Positions 1-8,145 of a stretch of DNA of 15,216 bases are shown here, piece by piece. The first letter of the stretch is position 1. Each line of letters begins with the position of its first letter. The notes under the pieces were generated by a model. It searched no databases. It worked only from the letters and a program-made list of their open reading frames with translations, and had not been told where the DNA came from. The position numbers were made by a program, and so were the translations under genes. The stretch covers positions 1 through 15,216 of the forward strand of contig JAHQXC010000028.1 of the NCBI GenBank assembly GCA_029856525.1. Direction: 5' to 3'. Source of the DNA: Candidatus Odinarchaeia archaeon (GTDB lineage Archaea > Asgardarchaeota > Odinarchaeia > Odinarchaeales > Odinarchaeaceae).

Positions 1-12
1 TATTTCATAATT

Positions 13-25
13 AATAAATTATAAA
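13..25 (+). promoter_or_regulatory. BRE-TATA promoter candidate (AATAAA-TTATAAA) for a structured transcript starting near 47
   Basis: Purine-rich 6-mer directly before TTATAAA (19-25). The expected start site about 22-25 nt downstream coincides with the hairpin start at 47. Confidence 0.45.
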
Positions 26-46
26 CACACATAAAATTTTTGTTAA

Positions 47-186
47 CAGCTGATAACCCACACTATCCGGAGAAGATCCTCGTATTAGTTAAGCTTTTGA
101 TTTAGCAAAAATACGTAGGAGGCTCCGGTTTCAGCTGGCTTGAAGGTTGATTAGCAGGCAGCTTCCTAGATTGGCATACACTTCAA
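47..186 (+). ncRNA. Unassigned structured RNA candidate (about 90-nt irregular hairpin plus a second smaller hairpin)
   Basis: Nested complementary segments: CAGCTGA 47-53/TCAGCTG 131-137, CCGGAG 67-72/CTCCGG 123-128, TCCT 77-80/AGGA 117-120, CGTATT 81-86/AATACG 110-115, GTTAAG 88-93/TTTAGC 101-106. A GU-rich hairpin spans 146-175. No ORF is present, and the GU wobbles favour the plus strand. Confidence 0.45.
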
Positions 187-473
187 CTATGCTTCAAATA
201 TTTTCAACCATATTTATGAGATATTTAATTTCAGCATAACACTCTTTAAGTGAATAAATAGTCTCTGAATTTTTCTTCGACTACACTTGTAAGCTTTAGG
301 ATAACAATGAATAAGCGCTTTCAACGTTTAGACGCTGTTAAGCTAATATTTAAATCTAATGTGATTTATTTCTAGTTAAAACTAAAGTTCTTATTGTAAT
401 GTTACTAGGAAGATGAAAGCTTGAATTATCTGAAAATTGGACAGGTATTTGAAAAATATAAAAGGCGTTAAAT

Positions 474-1820
474 ATGGTGTTAGAGTCTCTGGGTAGAAAA
501 TTAAGTGAAGCGGTACGTAAGCTTGTAAGAGCTCCCTTAGTTGATGAGAGAGCGGTTAAAGAGTTTATAATTGAGCTTCAAAGAGCACTTTTAGAAGCTG
601 ATACCAATGTTGAACTCGTTTTAGAATTATCTAAAAGAATCGAGAAACGCGCGATGGAGGTGGAGCTCCCTCCAGGTATAACTAGAAGAGAATACGTTTT
701 GAAAATGGTCTACGAGGAGCTTACAAATATTTTAGGTAGGAAAAGCGAGCCTATCAGATTAAAACCAGGCCAGAGTAATGTGATTATGCTTGTGGGAATT
801 CAAGGCTCAGGTAAAACAACCACTGCAGGAAAGCTAGCTTATTATTTTAAGAAAAGGGGTGTAAAAACAGCGCTTATATGCGCGGACACTTTCAGGTTAG
901 GAGCCTACGAGCAGCTTAAACAATTAGCGCAACAATTAGAGATTCCGTTCTACGGCGAACCGTCATCTAAAGACGCTGTTAGAATCGCTAAAAACGGTAT
1001 AAGCCTTTTTAAAGAAGAGGGGGTTGAAGCTATTATAATTGACACAGCTGGCAGGCATAAAGAAGAGAGAAGCCTATTCGAAGAGATGATCACACTTTCC
1101 AATGAGATAAAACCTCAAGAGATTATTCTAGTTATAGACGGTTCATTAGGTCAACAAGCATATATTCAAGCTAAAGCTTTCGCTGAAGCTACAAATATCG
1201 GATCTATAATAGTCACTAAACTAGACGGTTCTGGACGCGGCGGCGGGGCTCTCTCAGCTGTAGCGGCGACCGGGGCGCCTATTAAATTTATCGGAACAGG
1301 AGAGAAAATAGATGATCTCGAATCGTTTGATCCCCCTTCCTTTCTTAGTAGATTGCTTGGAATGGGCGATTTGAAAACACTAGTAGAGAAGATAAAAGAA
1401 GCTGAGGCTGCCCCTGATAGAGAGGAGGCTAAAGCGTTTCTTAAAGGCCAGTTTACTTTAAAAGATATGATGGAGCAGATGGAGAAGTTTAAAAAAGTTG
1501 GTACCTTCAGTAGAATCCTGAGCTACTTCGGCCTAGGCGGGAAACTACCTGAAGGATGGGAGTCAGAAGCCTCTGAGAAGCTAGATAAGTGGAGGATTAT
1601 AATGCAATCAATGAATAAAAAAGAACTTGAAGAACCTAAAATAATAGACAGATCTAGGATAAACAGGATAGCTAGAGGCTCAGGTACAACACCTAAAGAT
1701 GTAAGAGAACTCTTAGACCAGTATAATATGATGAAGAAATTCGCTAAAAGCATAGGTAAGACGAGGGGAAGGGGTAAAATCGGAAAAATGATTCCTAAAG
1801 GATTCAATTATGGTGGTTGA
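474..1820 (+). CDS. srp54: Signal recognition particle protein SRP54
   Basis: 448 aa. NG-domain motifs GIQGSGKTTT, DTFR, DTAGR, TKLDG and GTGE; RLLGMGD linker; Met-rich M domain with RIARGSG. Confidence 0.98.
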   Translation: MVLESLGRKLSEAVRKLVRAPLVDERAVKEFIIELQRALLEADTNVELVLELSKRIEKRAMEVELPPGITRREYVLKMVYEELTNILGRKSEPIRLKPGQSNVIMLVGIQGSGKTTTAGKLAYYFKKRGVKTALICADTFRLGAYEQLKQLAQQLEIPFYGEPSSKDAVRIAKNGISLFKEEGVEAIIIDTAGRHKEERSLFEEMITLSNEIKPQEIILVIDGSLGQQAYIQAKAFAEATNIGSIIVTKLDGSGRGGGALSAVAATGAPIKFIGTGEKIDDLESFDPPSFLSRLLGMGDLKTLVEKIKEAEAAPDREEAKAFLKGQFTLKDMMEQMEKFKKVGTFSRILSYFGLGGKLPEGWESEASEKLDKWRIIMQSMNKKELEEPKIIDRSRINRIARGSGTTPKDVRELLDQYNMMKKFAKSIGKTRGRGKIGKMIPKGFNYGG

Positions 1821-2426
1821 GTGCGCTATATTTTGATAGGAGTCAACTTCACCAATATCACAGATATAAAAGAGGATATCGACAGAGGCTTAATCACAAA
1901 CCAGCTAGATCTTCTATGCAATTGTATTAGATTCGCGTTATTTATAAGCGACGGGGTTAGAAGAGACACGAAGACCATTGTCTTCGACCCTGATTTTAAT
2001 AAAATTATAGTCATAGACGGTTTTAAACTAAAATATATGGGACCGGATTTAAGATCTATCAGCCTTTTAATGGTTAAAGCGTTTAACAAACTAAAAAATG
2101 ATTTAAAAAAACACGTATACCAGTCAACACCAGGGATATACATTATACCGCAGAGTATCATTGAATATCTTACAAATATCGCGAAAACAAATAGTATAAT
2201 ATATTACGCAGAGTATTCTCCAAGCGAAACTGTTATAAAAATTGATAGTAATATTCTGATAATCTATTTTGAATCCTCTATAAAAGATAAAATACTAAGG
2301 AAATTAGAGAGATTCAATATTAAACCGCTTAAATTTGATAGTGGAGTTCAGCTCACCCCATATGAGTTTATAATAATATATCAACATTATCTTGATCTGA
2401 TGTTCAGCCGACCACTACACGAGTAG
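1821..2426 (+). CDS. TrmY-like (tRNA pseudouridine-54 N1-methyltransferase, SPOUT/DUF358) protein, C-terminal SAM knot divergent
   Basis: The GTG start abuts the srp54 stop. Family-like motifs LDLLCNC, FxSxxxRRD, PDxRSI and QSTPGIY are present, and the gene is adjacent to pus10. Confidence 0.7.
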   Translation: MRYILIGVNFTNITDIKEDIDRGLITNQLDLLCNCIRFALFISDGVRRDTKTIVFDPDFNKIIVIDGFKLKYMGPDLRSISLLMVKAFNKLKNDLKKHVYQSTPGIYIIPQSIIEYLTNIAKTNSIIYYAEYSPSETVIKIDSNILIIYFESSIKDKILRKLERFNIKPLKFDSGVQLTPYEFIIIYQHYLDLMFSRPLHE

Positions 2427-2452
2427 AGCTTGGAGTACCCTTAGGTGATCTT

Positions 2453-3823
2453 ATGAGCCTTAACATATTAGATAAAACAGTAAAAATTCTGCGAGAATAC
2501 AAGCTTTGCAGTAATTGTTTAGGTAGAATGTTCGGTATGCTAGGAACAGGGTTAACTAATAAGGAGAGGGGTGAAGCGTTAATAATCGCTTTAATGATGC
2601 TTGCAGATGAAGAGATGAAGAATGAAGCTGCGGATAAGCTAAACGAGATAATCGAGGCTTTAAAAAATGTTGCCGGATTCAAAACACTCTATAAATTTCT
2701 ATCGGAGAGACTTAGTTTAAAACAGAGTGAAAACGTTTGCTACATTTGCGAAAATATTTTTGATCGACTTGAAGAATTAGTAAAGAAAAGTCTAAGTGAA
2801 ATCAACTCCTATGAGTTCAAAACCTTCTTAGTCGGCACGAATATAGATGAGAAGATAATTGAAAGAGAAGACAATTTCAGAGCGAAATTCAGTTTAACAT
2901 GGGGGGAATCTATTAAAAGCGAATTAAACAGGGAGATAGGTAAAATAATAAAAAAGCATTTCCCCGATGTGGAAACCAGTTTCGAAAACCCTCACATAAT
3001 AATCGAGTATAGCATTCCTAGCTTCAATTACAAGATAAACGTCAACCCTGTTTTCATATATGGAAGATATAGAAAATTAGTTAGAGGTATACCTCAAACC
3101 AAGTGGATTTGTAAAAGCTGCAAGGGAACTGGATGTGAAAGATGCGGTTTTAAAGGTAGAATGTATGATATCTCCGTGGAAGAGTTAATTTCTAAGCCTG
3201 TTATAGAGAAACTTAACGGAGTTAACGCGAAATTTCACGGCGCGGGAAGAGAGGATATAGATGCGATAATGACAGGTTTCGGGAGACCGTTCGTATTAGA
3301 GGTGAAAGGTGTTAAAAAAAGATTCATAGAATTAGAAGAACTGAAATCAGAGATCAATAATTACGCTAACGGTAAAGTTGAAGTCTCCGACTTAAAATGG
3401 ACTTCTAGAAATATGATTCGAAAAATTAAAGCACTCTCAAAGATTACAAGGAAAAAATACAGGGCTATTGTCCAATTAAATAATAATATAACAGACGACA
3501 AGATTATTGAAGCTGAAAAATATCTTTCAAACACTATTATTCAACAAAGAACACCTAAGCGAGTAGCTCATAGGAGAAGTGATAAACTTAGAGAAAAGCA
3601 AGTTTACAGCTTAAAAATAACAAGACTATCAGAGGATAAACTTGAAGTAATCGTTGACTGTCAAGGAGGACTCTATGTGAAAGAGCTTGTCAGCGGAGAC
3701 GACGGTAGAACTAAACCAAGCCTATCTGAGATATTAGGGGTTGAAGCGAAATGCATTCAATTAGACGTATTAGACGTTGATCTACCAGATGACGTGGTTA
3801 AAACAGGAATTCTTGATAAGTGA
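2453..3823 (+). CDS. pus10: tRNA pseudouridine(54/55) synthase Pus10
   Basis: N-terminal CxxC...CxxC, THUMP-like region, GRYRKLVRGIPQT, catalytic GAGREDID, QRTPKRVAHRR and GGLYVKELVSGDDGRT motifs. SD AGGTGA lies upstream. Confidence 0.97.
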   Translation: MSLNILDKTVKILREYKLCSNCLGRMFGMLGTGLTNKERGEALIIALMMLADEEMKNEAADKLNEIIEALKNVAGFKTLYKFLSERLSLKQSENVCYICENIFDRLEELVKKSLSEINSYEFKTFLVGTNIDEKIIEREDNFRAKFSLTWGESIKSELNREIGKIIKKHFPDVETSFENPHIIIEYSIPSFNYKINVNPVFIYGRYRKLVRGIPQTKWICKSCKGTGCERCGFKGRMYDISVEELISKPVIEKLNGVNAKFHGAGREDIDAIMTGFGRPFVLEVKGVKKRFIELEELKSEINNYANGKVEVSDLKWTSRNMIRKIKALSKITRKKYRAIVQLNNNITDDKIIEAEKYLSNTIIQQRTPKRVAHRRSDKLREKQVYSLKITRLSEDKLEVIVDCQGGLYVKELVSGDDGRTKPSLSEILGVEAKCIQLDVLDVDLPDDVVKTGILDK

Positions 3824-3835
3824 GCTACTCCTCGA

Positions 3836-3992
3836 CTAAAGTCGGGAGCTTCCAGCGTTCGTCTGAGGCTTTACACCTTCAGTTACACGTGCTGGTTCGC
3901 GGGGCTCACAGCTCCGCCATCCTGTGCCTCTCATTAAGGCATGGGCTATGTTTATGCATGCGTTCCGGTCTTCGGTTGTAGATTAACCCACA
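3836..3992 (-). pseudogene. tnpB: tnpB C-terminal remnant (end of zinc finger and RuvC-III), +1 frameshift
   Basis: Reads CGLIYNR (3992-3972), one extra A (3971), then DRNACINIA...GSSRL-stop. This matches the TnpB CGxxxxRDxNAxxNI motif. Confidence 0.8.
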
Positions 3993-4033
3993 TCAAGGGA
4001 ATATCCCTAAAACTTTTTTAAACACCGCGCGGA

Positions 4034-4046
4034 TATTTAAGTTTCT
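4034..4046 (-). promoter_or_regulatory. BRE-TATA inside E1 (AGAAA-CTTAAATA), predicted start near 4010
   Basis: Lies directly inside the LE hairpin, the same position as the TATA-like boxes in E2, E3 and E4. Confidence 0.5.
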
Positions 4047-4204
4047 GCCCATTCACCCCCTAACTGAAGTTAGGGGTTTTCTGGGCACCCTTTTTTATAA
4101 AAGCTAGTTTTTTAATAGCACACCAAAGAGTTTTTATTTTAATTGAATTATTCAGTTAGTTAACATGAAAGCTAATATGTGTTTAATAAGATAGGGTGCT
4201 AGTT

Positions 4205-4495
4205 ATGGTTAAAAGAACTAAAGGCTATAGAAATAGAACTAGAGACTTATTCTCTAAGAATACTAGGGAAAAAGGTATACCCCCTTTAAGCTACTTATTA
4301 AAAGAATATGAGCCTGGAGAGAAAGTCAGCATATATATAAACCCTACTATCCATAAAGGCCAACCACACCGAAGGTACCATGGTAGAACCGGGACAATTA
4401 TAGGTAGAAGAGGGCGCGCTTACCTTGTCTCTTTCAACATCGGTGGAAAAGAGAAAATAGTGATAACTAGGCCGGAACACATTAAAAGCGCTTAG
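4205..4495 (+). CDS. rpl21e: 50S ribosomal protein L21e (eL21)
   Basis: KGYRNRTR, GEKVSIYINP, KGQPHRRYHGRTG and RPEHIK motifs. ATG 4205 is preferred to GTG 4196 because SD AGGGTG lies at 4193-4198. Confidence 0.97.
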   Translation: MVKRTKGYRNRTRDLFSKNTREKGIPPLSYLLKEYEPGEKVSIYINPTIHKGQPHRRYHGRTGTIIGRRGRAYLVSFNIGGKEKIVITRPEHIKSA

Positions 4496-4513
4496 ATACG
4501 GAGGCTATTATAA

Positions 4514-4843
4514 ATGGTTAAAGAAAAAATCAAAGAGACACCGCTCACGTTAGCGGAGGTTAAAAATATTCTCCAGAAAAGAGAGAAAGAAGGGGAGCTT
4601 AGCTATGTGCAAAGAGTCACATTAGACTATGTTAGTAAGATGACTAGTTTAACTGTCCAGCAAGCTAGAAACCTGGTTAAAGAACTTATTAAATTAGGGG
4701 TTAGCGAGAATACAGCTATTCAAATAGCTAACGCTCTCCCCGAGTATAAAGAGGAGCTAAGTGTTTTCTTAACCGGTGAAAAAACCTTCACCCCTGAAGA
4801 AGTAGAGGAGATACTTAAAAAAATAAAAGAGTATAAGCAATAA
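4514..4843 (+). CDS. rpoF: DNA-directed RNA polymerase subunit F (Rpo4)
   Basis: 109 aa with TLAEVKNIL, LSYVQRVTLDY and AIQIANALP. Conserved position after rpl21e; SD GGAGG. Confidence 0.92.
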   Translation: MVKEKIKETPLTLAEVKNILQKREKEGELSYVQRVTLDYVSKMTSLTVQQARNLVKELIKLGVSENTAIQIANALPEYKEELSVFLTGEKTFTPEEVEEILKKIKEYKQ

Positions 4844-4906
4844 TCTATTTTTATTAGTACTCACTATCAATAAATATAAAATATTTTGTTAAAGAAGTGA
4901 ATTCGA

Positions 4907-5473
4907 ATGAGTTTTCAAAGCTCCAAGAAATACGAGGAATACGCATACGTGTTAGATTTTCTAAGAGACGGCAAACTAGATGTTAAAAGACAGGTTTACA
5001 CACATGAACCTGTTATTCAAGCTGTGGGTGAAGAGTTTTTCACATTACTAGAACTTGCACCGAAGAAAGATGTAACCGTTAACACCCATGAAAGAGTGTT
5101 TATAGGAGTGGGGAATAGGGATAAAATAGACCATGTAAAGAAGAGAATAGAATACGAGGAGTTAACCACCACCGCTAAAATAGAGTTACCTATAGCTGTT
5201 GAAAAAATAGTTGAGAAAAGGGAAGCGGATTTTATAAACTTCTTTAATGAAGCCAGGCCTCTAACGAATAGAATGCACCAGCTTGAATTACTTCCAGGTA
5301 TAGGGAAAAAACTTATGTGGGAGATATTAGAAGAGAGAAAAAAGAAGCCTTTTGAAAGCTTCGAAGATTTGATGAAAAGGGTTAGAATACCTGACCCTAA
5401 GAAGATGATAGTTAAAAGAATACTTAACGAGCTTGAAAAACAAGATAAATACCAGATATTCACAAGATCATGA
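4907..5473 (+). CDS. DUF655 family putative RNA-binding protein
   Basis: EEYAYVLDFL, QAVGEEFFTLLEL and RMHQLELLPGIGKK (HhH-like) motifs. Conserved neighbour of rpoF and ksgA in archaea. Confidence 0.9.
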   Translation: MSFQSSKKYEEYAYVLDFLRDGKLDVKRQVYTHEPVIQAVGEEFFTLLELAPKKDVTVNTHERVFIGVGNRDKIDHVKKRIEYEELTTTAKIELPIAVEKIVEKREADFINFFNEARPLTNRMHQLELLPGIGKKLMWEILEERKKKPFESFEDLMKRVRIPDPKKMIVKRILNELEKQDKYQIFTRS

Positions 5474-5480
5474 AATTCTC

Positions 5481-6320
5481 ATGATGCAAGATTACAATAT
5501 TTTAGATGAAACTAAAAGGATACTACGCGAAAACGGCGTATGGTTGAAGAGAAAACTCGGACAATCATTTCTTATAAATATGGAGTATATTTCGAAGCAG
5601 TTACAGGCTGGAAGACTAAATAAAAATGACATAGTTTTAGAGATAGGCGCAGGTATCGGTAATCTTACAGTTAAGCTCGCTCCGCTAGTTAAGAAAGTTT
5701 ACGCTATTGAATTAGATCACACTCTCGCAGAGATATTAAGAAAGAGGATTACAGCTTACAACAATATTGAAGTCTTTGAATGTGATGCTCTTAAATGCGA
5801 CTTCCCCCAATTTAATAAGATAATAGCGAACATACCTTATAATATCGCTTCTCCTCTCACGTTTAAAATACTCTCATATAAATTTGAACTAGGGGTTCTA
5901 ATGTACCAGCTTGAATTCGCTAAAAGACTTATCGCTAAACCAGGTTATGGAAACTATAGTCGACTAAGCGTTAACGCTGCGTTAAAAGCTGATGTTGAAA
6001 TAATCGACATAGTACCTAGAACCGCATTCTACCCTAAACCGAAAGTCGATTCTGCTATAGTGAAAATCATACCTAAAAATATTAAATTAAAAAGTGATAT
6101 AGAGGAGTTCACCAAGATAGTTAACGGAATCTTCTCTTATAAAAATAAAAAAATCTATTCAGCGATAAAACATTATATGAACAAGTTAAACATAGATAAG
6201 GAGACTCTGAAACAAATTTTATTAAATATACCCTACAGTGATGTAAGAGTCAAAGATATGAGCATAGACATGATAGATGATCTAACAGTTTATATTATAA
6301 ATAAGATGAGAGGGGTCTAA
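5481..6320 (+). CDS. ksgA: 16S rRNA (adenine-N6,N6)-dimethyltransferase KsgA/Dim1
   Basis: LGQSFL, VLEIGAGIG, IANIPYNI, YSRLS and FYPKPKVDSA motifs. ATG 5481 or 5484 is preferred to TTG 5433, which overlaps DUF655. Confidence 0.96.
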   Translation: MMQDYNILDETKRILRENGVWLKRKLGQSFLINMEYISKQLQAGRLNKNDIVLEIGAGIGNLTVKLAPLVKKVYAIELDHTLAEILRKRITAYNNIEVFECDALKCDFPQFNKIIANIPYNIASPLTFKILSYKFELGVLMYQLEFAKRLIAKPGYGNYSRLSVNAALKADVEIIDIVPRTAFYPKPKVDSAIVKIIPKNIKLKSDIEEFTKIVNGIFSYKNKKIYSAIKHYMNKLNIDKETLKQILLNIPYSDVRVKDMSIDMIDDLTVYIINKMRGV

Positions 6321-6321
6321 T

Positions 6322-6939
6322 ATAAAATTCTCATATAACGGTTATCTTTTCAATATTCCTGAAAACGTTTATCCGCCATCAGAGGACAGCTTCCTGCTAT
6401 TAGAAAATATTATTTTAAAACCAGGTGACATCCTACTAGAAATAGGAGCAGGATCAGGGTTCATAGCTATACAGCTAGCTAAAATGGTTAATAAAGTCGT
6501 GGCCACGGATATTTCACCTGAAGCGTTAAAAACAGCCATTGAAAACGCTAAACTAAACAATATTCACCATATAGATTTCAGGTTAGGAGACCTATTCGAT
6601 CCGATAATGGAAGATGAGAAATTCACCGTAATCATTTTCAACCCACCTTATCTGCCTACAAGCGAATGCGATAAAATACACGATCGATTAGAGACAGCTT
6701 GGGATGGGGGTTTTAACGGTAGAAAAGTCATTGATAAATTCATATATTCAGTTAAAAATTTCTTAACAAATACTGGTAGAGTTTATTTAATTCAATCTAC
6801 TCTAGCAGGAATAGAAGAAACTCTGAATAAATTTAACAGGCAAGGGTTTAAAACTAGAATACTTGCACGGAGAAAATATTTTTTCGAAGAACTAGTTGTC
6901 ATAGAAGCTGAAAAACAGGTGGGGGAGAATGCCTACTAA
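6322..6939 (+). CDS. hemK: HemK2/Mtq2-family (release factor glutamine) methyltransferase, start probably ATA 6322
   Basis: The frame is open from 6310. VYPPSEDSFLL and LLEIGAGSGFIA lie upstream of the first ATG (6484), with NPPY and WDGG downstream. SD GAGGGGT at 6310-6316. Confidence 0.85.
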   Translation: MKFSYNGYLFNIPENVYPPSEDSFLLLENIILKPGDILLEIGAGSGFIAIQLAKMVNKVVATDISPEALKTAIENAKLNNIHHIDFRLGDLFDPIMEDEKFTVIIFNPPYLPTSECDKIHDRLETAWDGGFNGRKVIDKFIYSVKNFLTNTGRVYLIQSTLAGIEETLNKFNRQGFKTRILARRKYFFEELVVIEAEKQVGENAY

Positions 6940-8086
6940 CCTGCCGCCGGAGGCACAGGTAGCTGAAGAAAAGTATAATGAAGCGACCACTCTACCTGAG
7001 AAGATTAAAGCACTCCAAGACTTTATCAGTAAGATCCCTAAACATAAAGGCACTGAAAAATTATTAAGCGTTTTGAAAACAAGACTGGCGAAGCTTAAAA
7101 ATGAATTAGAAAACTCTAAAAAAGTTAAGAGGGGAAGCGGTAGAAAGACAAATATACCTAAAGAAGGGGCTGCGCAGGTTGTGTTAATAGGATTAACAAA
7201 CACTGGTAAAAGCTCCCTCCTACACGCTTTAACAGGAGTGGATGTGAAAATCGCAGACTATCCTTTTACAACTAAAGAACCTGAGCTGGGGATGCTCAAC
7301 TATGAAGGTGTTCTAATTCAACTAGTAGAGGTGCCTGCAATATTCAACGGATTATCAAATAGTACAATAGGCCCAACTATATTCAGTATAATCAGAAATG
7401 CGGATGCCATATTAATACTAATAGATTTAACCGAGAACCCTTATGAACAATGGAACACTATTATCAATGAGCTTGATAAAAACAGTATAAAAATAAATAA
7501 AACACCGCCTGCAGTGAAAATTAAAAAAACAGGGAGCGGCGGTATAAATTTCATAGGTTTACAGTATTTTAAAGGCTGCAAAGAAGATCTTATAGAATTG
7601 TTGAAAGAATCGGGTATATACAATGCAACTGTTCATTTCAATGACTATGTGACGTTAACAGATTTCGCGGAAGTGTTAGATGAGCGGATTGTTTATAGAC
7701 CCGCGATTATAGTAGCTACTAAAGGAGACTTAGACGGGTCGGCGTATAATTATGAAGCTTTAAAAAATCATTTAAGAGGATTAGCTGAGATTATCCCCGT
7801 CTCAGTTAATAAAAATATAGGGCTGGAATTATTAAAAAACAAGGTTTTTACAATGTTAAATATTATAAGAGTTTACACTAAAGACGCTGAAAACGGGGTT
7901 TCACCTAAGCCTTTAGTTTTAAAAAAAGGAGCTACAGTAAGAGATGTGGCTAAAAGATTAAGCGTTAAATTCTTAAAAGAATTTAAATACGCGAAGATTT
8001 TCGGGCCTTCAGCTAAGTTCCCTGGAGAAAAAGTGGGGTTAGACCATGAATTAGCGGATAAAGATGTTGTACAAATATTCACATAA
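6929..8086 (+). CDS. DRG/OBG-family GTP-binding protein with C-terminal TGS domain
   Basis: N-terminus MPTNLPPE...IPKHKGTEKL; G1 GLTNTGKS; G2 YPFTT; G4 TKGD; TGS end VGLDHELADKDVVQI. Confidence 0.93.
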   Translation: MPTNLPPEAQVAEEKYNEATTLPEKIKALQDFISKIPKHKGTEKLLSVLKTRLAKLKNELENSKKVKRGSGRKTNIPKEGAAQVVLIGLTNTGKSSLLHALTGVDVKIADYPFTTKEPELGMLNYEGVLIQLVEVPAIFNGLSNSTIGPTIFSIIRNADAILILIDLTENPYEQWNTIINELDKNSIKINKTPPAVKIKKTGSGGINFIGLQYFKGCKEDLIELLKESGIYNATVHFNDYVTLTDFAEVLDERIVYRPAIIVATKGDLDGSAYNYEALKNHLRGLAEIIPVSVNKNIGLELLKNKVFTMLNIIRVYTKDAENGVSPKPLVLKKGATVRDVAKRLSVKFLKEFKYAKIFGPSAKFPGEKVGLDHELADKDVVQIFT

Positions 8087-8145
8087 TATCTCTCGCCTTA
8101 ACCAATTAAATATTTAAAGAGTTGAGAGTTATGAAATCAACTGAT

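Larger units (their letters stand above)
3820..4096 (-). mobile_element. Element E1: internally deleted IS200/IS605-family element (LE, promoter, tnpB 3' remnant/reRNA, RE), 277 bp
   Basis: LE hairpin CCCCTAAC-TTCA-GTTAGGGG (4076-4057) and RE hairpin CTCC-CGAC-TTTA-GTCG-A-GGAG (3848-3828) followed by TAGCTCAC. TTTAT target motif at 4101-4097. Removing 3820-4096 restores pus10 GAT AAA TAA. Confidence 0.88.

Noticed and set aside
47-190. SRP (7S) RNA or H/ACA guide RNA next to srp54
   Set aside because: There is no helix-8 signature (CAGG..GNRA..AGCAG in a hairpin) and it is too short for SRP RNA. The internal loop is asymmetric, with no K-turn or correctly spaced ACA.
426-433. 8-nt match (TATCTGAA) to the E3 guide upstream of srp54
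   Set aside because: It is preceded by TGAAT and not TTTAA, and an 8-mer match is expected by chance in this much AT-rich DNA.
1523-8082. Antisense ORFs 1523-1807, 1826-2161, 2404-2682, 4298-4480, 5017-5463, 6369-6560, 6892-7203, 7441-7623 and 7873-8082
   Set aside because: They are shadows of well-supported plus-strand genes, rich in Phe/Ser/Ile/Leu as expected from the reverse complement of Lys/Glu codons, with no motifs.
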